A stretch of DNA of 18,605 nucleotides from Elusimicrobiota bacterium (GCA_043813605.1 JBDRKX010000121.1:1-18605), one strand, 5' to 3'. Numbered from the stretch's first letter, positions 1 through 7,543 are shown. Translations and numbers: made by a program. The notes: generated by a model from the letters alone, not told the origin.

Positions 1-145
1 ACCTTTCCTTCAGCTTACTCATGGCGTCCTGCCCGTTCGTAACGGTCTCCACACTGAAATTCTGATCCAGAAGAATAAATTCCAGAGTAGTCCTTATCGA
101 CTCGTCGTCATCCGCTATTAATATGCTTATTTTTTCTTCGGCCAT
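1..145 (-). CDS. Response regulator, N-terminal receiver domain (partial, runs off the window start)
   Basis: Not in the ORF track. Manual translation from the ATG at 145 gives MAEEKISILIADDDESIRTTLEFILLDQNFSVETVTNGQDAMSKLKER..., a typical REC start (ILIADDD, NGQDA). The frame is open to the window edge and begins just downstream of the kinase. Confidence 0.88.
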   Translation of the reverse strand, partial: MAEEKISILIADDDESIRTTLEFILLDQNFSVETVTNGQDAMSKLKER

Positions 146-168
146 TTTCTTTCGTATCTATATCGCTT

Positions 169-837
169 CTATTTCCTTGGTATTGATATAATGAAGTCGG
201 TTCCTTCGCCGACTGTAGAATCCAGCGCAACACTGCCGTTATGACGCTTTACCAGTTTTTTTACAGCCGCAAGCCCAAGGCCTGTTCCGCCATCCTTTGT
301 TGTATAAAAAGGCTCAAAAATCCTATCCTTATTTTCATCCGCTATACCAATTCCATTATCTGAAATCCCAATATTGAGATTCCCGTTGCTATCCTGGAAT
401 ATGCGTATACTCACCCGGCATTCCTCTTTATCGCAGGACTGCCATGCGTTATTAACTACATTGGTTATTATCTGCCGCATCTCTTCTCTGTCAAGCAGAT
501 AGTCGGGCAGTGATTCATCAATATCTTTCAATATAATGATATTATCGGGTATTTTAATTTCAGCAAGGATTTCATCTGCAAGCATGCCGACATTAACATC
601 GCATAAAGACTGTTCTCTCTGTCTTGAATATCCGGTCAGATCATCCAGAATTTTTTTTATATTGTCTATTTCTTTATTGATTATATCTACGGTTATTTTT
701 ACACGCGGATTATCAGATTTAACGGAATAACCTATATAATATATCCCATTTTTTATAGCTGCCAGCGGATTTCTTATGTCATGGCTGATCATATTCACTA
801 TTTCTTCAATAGATACTGTTTTATTGTCTTCTTTCAA
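169..837 (-). CDS. Histidine kinase with only HisKA and HATPase_c domains (no sensor or TM region)
   Basis: H-box ISHDIRNPL, N-box NVVNNA, G1 ISDNGIGI, F-box IFEPFYTTK, G2 GTGLGL. TTG start with GGAGG 10 nt upstream. The upstream gene ends at 889, leaving no room for an input domain. Confidence 0.92.
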   Translation of the reverse strand: MKEDNKTVSIEEIVNMISHDIRNPLAAIKNGIYYIGYSVKSDNPRVKITVDIINKEIDNIKKILDDLTGYSRQREQSLCDVNVGMLADEILAEIKIPDNIIILKDIDESLPDYLLDREEMRQIITNVVNNAWQSCDKEECRVSIRIFQDSNGNLNIGISDNGIGIADENKDRIFEPFYTTKDGGTGLGLAAVKKLVKRHNGSVALDSTVGEGTDFIISIPRK

Positions 838-888
838 CTTTCAAGTGCCTCCCTTAGAGCCGACTGTCTTAAGACGATATCCGATATC

Positions 889-1269
889 TTATTTATTTTG
901 TATTAATTTACTTAAAACCCTTAGCAGATGGCTCACATCGTAAGGTTTGACGATGTACCAATCCGCTTTTTTTTCCATCGCTATATCAAAATCTTGCCCG
1001 CTATCCTTACCTGTCAACATTATTACCGGCATCTGCCGTGTCTCCGGATGCCCCTTTATCTTTTCACATACCTGAAACCCGGTTATTCCGGGCATCATGA
1101 CATCCAGTATAACGGCATCCGGCTTTTTTTTCAGAGCCTTTTCAAAACCAGTATCTCCGTCATACGCCGTTATTATTTCATACCCTTCCTCTTCCAATGT
1201 CATCTGAAGCATTTTTATCGCTGTCGGGCTGTCATCTACAATCAGTATTTTCCTGCTGTTTTCGGACAT
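889..1269 (-). CDS. Single-domain response regulator (CheY/DivK-like receiver)
   Basis: 126 aa with ILIVDD, phospho-Asp in LDVMMP, MLTG and VKPY; no output domain. Confidence 0.93.
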   Translation of the reverse strand: MSENSRKILIVDDSPTAIKMLQMTLEEEGYEIITAYDGDTGFEKALKKKPDAVILDVMMPGITGFQVCEKIKGHPETRQMPVIMLTGKDSGQDFDIAMEKKADWYIVKPYDVSHLLRVLSKLIQNK

Positions 1270-1328
1270 CTATGCCTTATCCCCCATTTTCCGATCCCGG
1301 GACACCGGCTTTAGCCGCAAGTTCCGGC

Positions 1329-2621
1329 TCAGACGATTATCCATTCTTCATCTTTATATATGTTCTCCAGTATACTTTCTATCCTGTTTATAGAACTTTT
1401 GCTTGTGCTTTTACTCTTTAGAATCTTTGCTAATGACGCAAGTACTGCTTTCTTAACTTCATTATCTTCCGCATCGGTATATTTAATCAGCAATTCTATG
1501 CTGTCTTCAGAATTTATCTCTCCAAGCAGCCCGCAGGCGGCTATCCTGATCTGCCCGATTTCGTTTTGAATGATTTTATCCAGCATTTCCACAGCATTTC
1601 CTGGATCTATTTTATGCAGTACTTCTATAGCCCTTAATCTGACCCTGAAATCCGCATCTGCGTAGAACTGGCTGAGTATGTTCAAGGCGACCTGGTTCTC
1701 CTTCGTATTATCTGTTGCAAGCTCCGATTCAATGATATCGAGTTTTTTCAGTTTTTTCTCATGTTCCTGTACTATTTTACCGTTACTGCCCGGAACAGCA
1801 TCAGACCCGTCCTTACCCGGAGCCCTATTCCTAAAAACAACCAGTAACATCGCAATTAAAGCAATCGGCAGGGCAGCGACCGCAACATTACCTTTATTGA
1901 AAATACTGTTTCTGCTATTTAAATCCGCGGTTCTTGTATTCTGCAGGAACTCCCGCATCTGCAGATGCGCCTGCCGGTATTCTTCTATCATTATATCACT
2001 TTTTTTCTGATAGTCTTCAAAGAATTCAAGAACTTTTCCCGCTTTTTCATGCTGCCCGGCTTCATCTGACACTCCCCCACTGGAAACCTGCTGTTCTCCA
2101 GCCAGAGAACCGGTCATATTGACCATGTCCGAAATCTTTCTGTCCTCAGGAAAAAGAAATTGTGCCTTTTTCAGATATGTCAATGCTTTGGCGTGCTGAC
2201 CTATGGAACTGTATTCCATCCCGAGACCTACGAATATCTTCATCTTAAGACTTTTTATCCTGAAATTAGAAGGATCCTTCTTATAAGCAAGTTCAAGTTT
2301 TCCCGATGCAGCGGTAAGTCGGCCCTGCTCATATTCCACAATAGCCTCATCTATCAGATCTTTTGTCAAATTTATTTTCTTTCGGCATACTTCCACCATA
2401 TGCAATGATTCGCTATGAGTCGGTTCTACAGCCAATATTTTAAGGCATGCCCTTACAGCCGCCTCATAGTCGCCCTTTTTTAGATAATCTTTTGCATAGA
2501 AGCGTGTTGTATGTATTTCATCTTTTTTTTCATCTGCCTCACTACTGATTACAGGCATTACGCCCATGCTCATAACAATAATTAAAGCCTGCACTGCTGT
2601 CTTTATGGTTTTTATGCGCAT
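1329..2621 (-). CDS. Membrane protein: signal peptide, TPR repeats, TM helix, C-terminal HEAT-like repeats
   Basis: N-terminal basic and hydrophobic leader ending ISSEA. TPR-like units (YLKKGDYEAAVRACLKILAVEP, YEQGRLTAASGKLELAYKKDP, YSSIGQHAKALTYLKKAQFLFP). Hydrophobic VAVAALPIALIAMLLVVF followed by RNR. HEAT-like units (DFRVRLRAIEVL, QIRIAACGLLGEI, DNEVKKAVLASL). Confidence 0.75.
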   Translation of the reverse strand: MRIKTIKTAVQALIIVMSMGVMPVISSEADEKKDEIHTTRFYAKDYLKKGDYEAAVRACLKILAVEPTHSESLHMVEVCRKKINLTKDLIDEAIVEYEQGRLTAASGKLELAYKKDPSNFRIKSLKMKIFVGLGMEYSSIGQHAKALTYLKKAQFLFPEDRKISDMVNMTGSLAGEQQVSSGGVSDEAGQHEKAGKVLEFFEDYQKKSDIMIEEYRQAHLQMREFLQNTRTADLNSRNSIFNKGNVAVAALPIALIAMLLVVFRNRAPGKDGSDAVPGSNGKIVQEHEKKLKKLDIIESELATDNTKENQVALNILSQFYADADFRVRLRAIEVLHKIDPGNAVEMLDKIIQNEIGQIRIAACGLLGEINSEDSIELLIKYTDAEDNEVKKAVLASLAKILKSKSTSKSSINRIESILENIYKDEEWIIV

Positions 2622-3004
2622 TATTTAAGAATTCTATTTACAGTATCAATAAGATCTTTCATTTTATATGGTTTTACAAGGAAAGCATCAGGTCTATATA
2701 TTTCATCTTCCAGTTCAAAGAAATCCTTCATACCTCCCTTGCCGGAACTTATTACTATTGGAATCGTCGCGAGGTCCGGAATCTTCTTTATTTTTTTTAC
2801 CAGTGTATAGCCGTCCATATCAGGCATGACTATATCGAGGACTATCGCATCCGGCATGAATTCCCCGAGCGCCTCCAGGGCTTTCTGTCCGCTATTTGCT
2901 TCCCTGACATGATAACCGGCATTCTTAAGCGCGAATTCAAGCAGCCTGCGCGTTTCGTCCTCATCATCTACTATCATTACTGTTTTTATATTTTCTCCCG
3001 CCAT
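2621..3004 (-). CDS. Single-domain response regulator (receiver only)
   Basis: 127 aa with VMIVDDE, LDIVMP, ISSGK and VKPY. Its stop overlaps the next gene's ATG (TAATG), suggesting translational coupling. Confidence 0.93.
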   Translation of the reverse strand: MAGENIKTVMIVDDEDETRRLLEFALKNAGYHVREANSGQKALEALGEFMPDAIVLDIVMPDMDGYTLVKKIKKIPDLATIPIVISSGKGGMKDFFELEDEIYRPDAFLVKPYKMKDLIDTVNRILK

Positions 3005-3051
3005 TTTATCTCTGTATTCCTTAATCCCTTTATTATTATAGAGTTATACAT

Positions 3052-3086
3052 AAACACCATTACCGGAAAGACACCGGTTGGTGTTT
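3052..3086. other. Intergenic stem-loop in the putative 5' leader of the left signalling operon
   Basis: AAACACCA-(TT)-ACCGG-loop AAAGACA-CCGGT-TGGTGTTT, giving 13 paired bases with a 2-nt bulge. Confidence 0.55.
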
Positions 3087-3122
3087 TTATCTGTATTATG
3101 TTTTCAGCTATATAGTTACCGA

Positions 3123-3151
3123 ATTATAACTAGTTTATTTTGTTTTTTCAA
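3123..3151 (-). promoter_or_regulatory. Putative sigma70-type promoter for the receiver/TPR-HEAT/kinase operon
   Basis: Minus strand TTGAAA (3151-3146), 17 nt, TATAAT (3128-3123). The AT-rich context raises the chance of a random match. Confidence 0.55.
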
Positions 3152-3286
3152 GTTAAATATAATCATTAATTATAATTATGATATGGATATCTAAAATCAG
3201 AGGCCGGGATTATCGACTATCACAGGAATATTCCGCCACAGCGTCCCTCTGAACAGTCCTGGTAAGAGCGGATGCGACGGCAGGTT

Positions 3287-4807
3287 TTATCGTTTTTTTA
3301 ATTCCTTGATAATGCGCTGTTTATACTGAATAGACCTGGTTATACCGTATATCAGCGGGTCTTTTTTGAATTTTTCCAATATATAGTTATCATGGCTGTA
3401 TGCCTTGACCAGTTCTTCCCATGCATTTTCCTGCATATTCTTTTTCAGATACATACAGGCAAGACCATAATGCAATACTGAGAGTTCTTCACTATCATCA
3501 CATTTACCGGCAATCTGAGGAAAAAGTTCTTCTACTTCGCTCAGCCTGTTTTCATGGAGTAATATCAGGAGAGAATAAAGCTCTGCTGATACCGATAATC
3601 CTTCACTGGTCATAAGTTCCCGTAAAATATCCTTGGCCGAATTGTAATCGCCCAAACCGTAGTTGTTAATACCTTTAATATAGCGGTATTTTTCCGAATC
3701 CGCGGTTTCCCGGCCTATCTCTCCCAGGAAGCTGCGCGCTTCATCCAATCTTCCGGTTTTACTGTATATTTCTGCCATCATAAGCAATGCCCTGTCTTCG
3801 GCTTCATCGTATACGGAAGAAAGCACCCACTCCGCCTCTTCATATGAGGCAAGTTCAATCAGAAGTTCCGCTAAGAAAAGCCTGGCGGCAGTATCTTTTT
3901 CATCGAGCAGGAGTACTCTTTTTATGTACGATACCGCCTTATTAAGTTCCAGCATCCGGCGATTCGCCAATGCCAACTTCTTTAACACAGCGATATCATC
4001 CGGATATTTTTCCAGAAATATGCTTAATTCGTACTCAGCTCCAAAATAATTCTTTTCTCCCATATAAATATCGGCAATCTGCATTGTTACCCATTTCTTC
4101 CATTCTTTGTCAGCTGAAGGTAATACATATGATTCCTTCAGCAGTATTTTCGCCTTTTCCAGATGGCCGAGTTTCAGATATGTAGTCAGAAGCATGGATA
4201 TAATAGCGTTATTTTCCCTGTCTTCTTTCAGGCATTTTTCAAGTTTTTGCATAGCGATGTCAAATCTTTGCCGGGCACAAGCCCTCTCCGCGCGGTTGAG
4301 GTTCCACTTGAAGATCATGGAATTAATGCTTATTTTTTTCTTTGCACGGTTTTTGTGGGATTTACGTACGTTTTCTATCAGCCCCTTATAACCGGATTCC
4401 AGCTTGTTTACATCAACCTGCAAAGGCACGGGTTTTATTTCCTTTGTTATGTCCGATATCCCCGTAAGAAACTTATTCATATACATGCCCGCTGAAATAA
4501 AAGAGACAAGTATTATTGACACAAGGACTATTTTTACAAGTTTTTTCTGAACAGCACTTGATTTCTTTTTGGCGGCTTCGGCTCTTCTTAATCCTTCTCT
4601 TTTTTTAATGTTTATTTCGAATTCTGCGACTATTCCCAGGGCCGTAAACAATGTATTCTGCGGCACCCATATATCGTATGGCCCTGCGGGCCCGGGACTC
4701 TTCATTTTCGAATCTATACCCTGCTGTTTCAATCTGTCAGCAAGTCCTTTTGCATCTGATTCTGATTCGAATGTCTTTATTTTTTCCAAATTGCCGGAGA
4801 ATTCCAT
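3287..4807 (-). CDS. Membrane-anchored tetratricopeptide-repeat protein with a small N-terminal domain (DUF2007/GlpG-N-like pattern)
   Basis: N-terminus KTFESESDAKGLADRLKQQGIDS...YDIWVP. TM IVLVSIILVSFISAGM preceded by a basic stretch. Many TPR-like helix pairs follow (e.g. YLKLGHLEKAKILLKE, YSKTGRLDEARSFL). SD AAGGAGG upstream. Confidence 0.78.
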   Translation of the reverse strand: MEFSGNLEKIKTFESESDAKGLADRLKQQGIDSKMKSPGPAGPYDIWVPQNTLFTALGIVAEFEINIKKREGLRRAEAAKKKSSAVQKKLVKIVLVSIILVSFISAGMYMNKFLTGISDITKEIKPVPLQVDVNKLESGYKGLIENVRKSHKNRAKKKISINSMIFKWNLNRAERACARQRFDIAMQKLEKCLKEDRENNAIISMLLTTYLKLGHLEKAKILLKESYVLPSADKEWKKWVTMQIADIYMGEKNYFGAEYELSIFLEKYPDDIAVLKKLALANRRMLELNKAVSYIKRVLLLDEKDTAARLFLAELLIELASYEEAEWVLSSVYDEAEDRALLMMAEIYSKTGRLDEARSFLGEIGRETADSEKYRYIKGINNYGLGDYNSAKDILRELMTSEGLSVSAELYSLLILLHENRLSEVEELFPQIAGKCDDSEELSVLHYGLACMYLKKNMQENAWEELVKAYSHDNYILEKFKKDPLIYGITRSIQYKQRIIKELKKR

Positions 4808-4848
4808 AAGCCCTGTTCCCTCCTTGATAATGAAGAACTTGTACCAAT

Positions 4849-4877
4849 ATATTATAAAACAGAGAATAAATAGTCAA
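4849..4877 (-). promoter_or_regulatory. Putative sigma70-type promoter for the TPR gene (divergent from the pilB-like locus)
   Basis: Minus strand TTGACT (4877-4872), 17 nt, TAATAT (4854-4849). An overlapping TATAAT sits at 15-nt spacing. Confidence 0.45.
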
Positions 4878-4953
4878 TTAATCATTTTCTAACGAAAGCT
4901 CCTGCTCCTGCGTTGAAACAGCACCAAAAGATCTTTGAACTGACAATATATTC

Positions 4954-4982
4954 TTGAAATTTAATTTGTTTTATGTTAGCAT
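4954..4982 (+). promoter_or_regulatory. Putative sigma70-type promoter with extended -10 for the pilB-like locus (leaderless arrangement)
   Basis: TTGAAA (4954-4959), 17 nt ending TGT, TAGCAT (4977-4982). The ATG at 4989 follows 6 nt later with no SD. Confidence 0.45.
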
Positions 4983-4988
4983 AAAAGT

Positions 4989-5486
4989 ATGAAGATACCG
5001 AGTATAAAAGAACTCACGGCCGATATGGTCGACATAGGCATAATAACCGCCGAACAACTAAAAAATGCGCTCGGCAAACAGCAGCAATCAGGGGGGAGCC
5101 TCGGAGAGATACTTATTGCTGAAGGATATATCACAGAAGACGTTTTTGTCGCTTTTCTAGGTAAAAAATCGGATATAACTTATATTTCCCTTGCAGATTA
5201 TGGCAATATAGACAGCCAGGTGACCGCAAAAGTCCCTGGATCTATCGCCCGCAGAAAAAATCTTATACCTATCAGCATAGACGATAAAACTCTCAAAGTT
5301 GCAATATCTGATCCTATGGATATCTTCGCTATAGATGATCTAAAAGCAATAACCGGCATGAAAATTGATATAGTGCTGGCTGTAAAAAATGACATAAAAA
5401 ACGCTATTGAAAAAAATTATGTCAGTCAAGATGAAATGTTTGATGATTTCTCCGATGCGGATGGAGAAGGCGAATGGACACTTTAA
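4989..5486 (+). CDS. Stand-alone MshEN/T2SSE_N domain protein (N-terminal part of a PilB/GspE ATPase)
   Basis: Tandem MshEN-like motifs (ELTADMVDIGIITAEQLKNALGKQ and SLGEILIAEGYITEDVFVAFLGKK), then ARRKNLIPI...LKVAISDPMD...IDDLKAITGM...IKNAIEKNY as in PilB N-domains. Ends in an acidic linker-like tail and TAA. Confidence 0.82.
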   Translation: MKIPSIKELTADMVDIGIITAEQLKNALGKQQQSGGSLGEILIAEGYITEDVFVAFLGKKSDITYISLADYGNIDSQVTAKVPGSIARRKNLIPISIDDKTLKVAISDPMDIFAIDDLKAITGMKIDIVLAVKNDIKNAIEKNYVSQDEMFDDFSDADGEGEWTL

Positions 5487-5505
5487 TGTATAGGATAATA
5501 ACTAA

Positions 5506-6764
5506 ATGGTTACGGCCTGTCAGGCTGTTACTATTCACTTCATTATGACGGAAAACCAGCAAATCCCCGAGAAAAAAGATATAGACAGCGCGCCTGTAGT
5601 AAAGATGATCAATATCATTTTGAATCAGGCGGTAAAACTGGGCGCTTCCGATATCCACCTGGAGCCGTTTGAAAAAACTGCCCGAATACGTTTCCGCGTA
5701 GACGGTGTACTTCATCCTCAGAAATCTCCGCCAAAAGCTATTTACAATGCAATGGTATCCAGGTTAAAAGTCATGGCACAGCTCGACTTGGCGGAAAAAA
5801 GGCTGCCCCAGGACGGTCGAATCAAGATAAGGTTCGGGAACAGGTCCATTGACCTGCGAATGTCTACAATGCCGTCTACTTTCGGTGAAAAGGTCGTTAT
5901 GCGTATCCTGGATGCTTCAAGTCTGTGTCTTGACCTGACTCTTCTGGGATTTGAAGAGCGGGACCTTGCTATATACAAAAAGGGGATCAACTCTCCTAAC
6001 GGGATAATCCTGATAACAGGGCCTACAGGAAGCGGTAAAACAACTACACTTTATTCAACACTTACTACTTTAAACCACCCCGATGTAAATATAAACACTA
6101 TGGAAGATCCTGTAGAATACCTTTTACAAGGGATCATACAGGTACAAGCCCGCCCTGATATAGGATTAACATTTGCTTCAGGACTAAGAACCTTCATGAG
6201 GCAGGACCCGGATATTATAATGGTAGGAGAGATCAGGGATAAGGAACCGCGGAAATAGCCATAAACGCCGCGCTCACGGGACACCTTGTCTTTTCCACCC
6301 TGCATACCAATGATGCCCCTACGGCAGTAACCAGGCTCAATAATATGGGGATCGAGCCCTTCCTTATTTCCTCAACCGTTGTTATGTGTATAGCTCAGAG
6401 ACTGCTCAGGCAGATCTGCCAAAATTGTCGTGAACCATATGAGATCGAAGCTGAAACATTACTACCATACGGACTTAAGATGGAAGATTTGGATAACGAA
6501 GATACCATAACGCTGCATAAGGGCACCGGATGCGAAGTCTGTGGAAAAACCGGCTATAAAGGCCGTATTGCGTGCTATGAGATAATGGATGTTACAAATG
6601 ATATAAAAGATCTTATAAATAAGAAGTCTGCTGTTTATCAGATAAAACAGAAAGCCATAGATCAGGGAATGAGGACCTTAAGGGATTCTGCTTTGAGTAA
6701 AGTGCTTAGCGGTCAGACTTCAATAGACGAGATGCTCAGAGTGACCTCCAGGGATTCAGGATGA
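5506..6764 (+). pseudogene. pilB: PilB/GspE-family assembly ATPase core, interrupted by a 1-nt frameshift near 6245 (ORF pieces 5506..6258 and 6345..6764)
   Basis: APVVKMIN...ASDIHLEP, RLPQDGR, Walker A GPTGSGKT, Asp box EDPVE, Walker B DPDIIMVGEIRD. After the shift the alternative frame reads [24 protein letters not shown], then the tetracysteine motif CQNC/CEVC and GYKGR. PilB versus GspE is uncertain, and the indel may be a sequencing error. Confidence 0.8.
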
Positions 6765-7517
6765 TTCTATTCTGATTTGTTTCTCCATCTCTTCAACAGA
6801 AATATCAAAATTTGAGTATACCGCCTGCACATCGTCATTGTCATCAAGAGTCTCCATAAGCTTAAGCATCTTGCGCGCTTCGTTTCCTTCCAGTTTCACA
6901 TAAGTACTGGGCAACATTGTAATCTCGGCAGTCTGTATTTCTGTAATATCCCGGACCGCGCCGGATATTCCTTCAAATTTTTCAGGCGAAGTTGTTATCT
7001 CGTACACATCACTGTCAGACATTTCGATATCTTCGACATCAAAAGAAAATATTTTCTCCATAAGTTCTTCTTCGGATATCCGTTCCTTTGGAACTGTAAT
7101 ATAGCCTTTTCTCCGGAACATCCAGTTAACGCATCCTGTCTCCCCCATGCTTCCGCCATGGTCAGAGAATATTCTTCGCATTTCTGAAGCTGTCCTGTTT
7201 TTATTGTCGGTTGTTACATTTACCATAATGGTCACTCCGCCGGGACCATAGCCTTCGTAAACCAGTTCCATATAGGAAACTCCGGGCAATTCTCCTGTAC
7301 CGCGTTTTATTGCCTTTTCAATGGTATCCTTAGGCATATTCGCCTCATTCGCCTTATCTACCGCAAGCCGGAGACGCGGATTCATGGCAGGGTCGCCGCC
7401 GCCCTGCTTGGTTGCAACTGTAATCTCTTTTACCAGCCTTGAGAATATTTTTCCTCTCTTCTGGTCTTCCTTTCCTTTTTTATGCTTTATGCTTGACCAT
7501 TTAGAGTGCCCTGACAT
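6756..7517 (-). CDS. yebC: YebC/PmpR (TACO1) family protein
   Basis: [54 protein letters not shown]. Confidence 0.96.
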   Translation of the reverse strand: MSGHSKWSSIKHKKGKEDQKRGKIFSRLVKEITVATKQGGGDPAMNPRLRLAVDKANEANMPKDTIEKAIKRGTGELPGVSYMELVYEGYGPGGVTIMVNVTTDNKNRTASEMRRIFSDHGGSMGETGCVNWMFRRKGYITVPKERISEEELMEKIFSFDVEDIEMSDSDVYEITTSPEKFEGISGAVRDITEIQTAEITMLPSTYVKLEGNEARKMLKLMETLDDNDDVQAVYSNFDISVEEMEKQIRIESS

Positions 7518-7543
7518 TTTGCCTCCTGTTATAAAAACTGATT

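Noticed and set aside
1285..1328. Small GC-rich inverted repeats between the TPR-HEAT gene and the receiver
   Set aside because: CGGCT/AGCCG has only a 2-nt loop, the outer pairing is short, and I saw no second copy in the window.
3005..3286. Possible c-di-GMP riboswitch upstream of the signalling operon
   Set aside because: I could not find the GEMM-I core (GGCAAAC...GAAA...GACGCAAA) on either strand.
536..4892. Many short plus-strand ORFs over the left cluster
   Set aside because: Almost all lie antisense to well-supported minus-strand genes and show no recognisable domains.
5462..5548. Third reading frame open across the MshEN/ATPase junction
   Set aside because: Using it would need two frameshifts, and its translation (WRRRMDTLMYRIITKWLRPVRLLLFTSL) does not resemble the acidic PilB linker.
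5198..6305. Four short minus-strand ORFs inside the pilB-like locus
   Set aside because: Antisense to clearly conserved PilB sequence.
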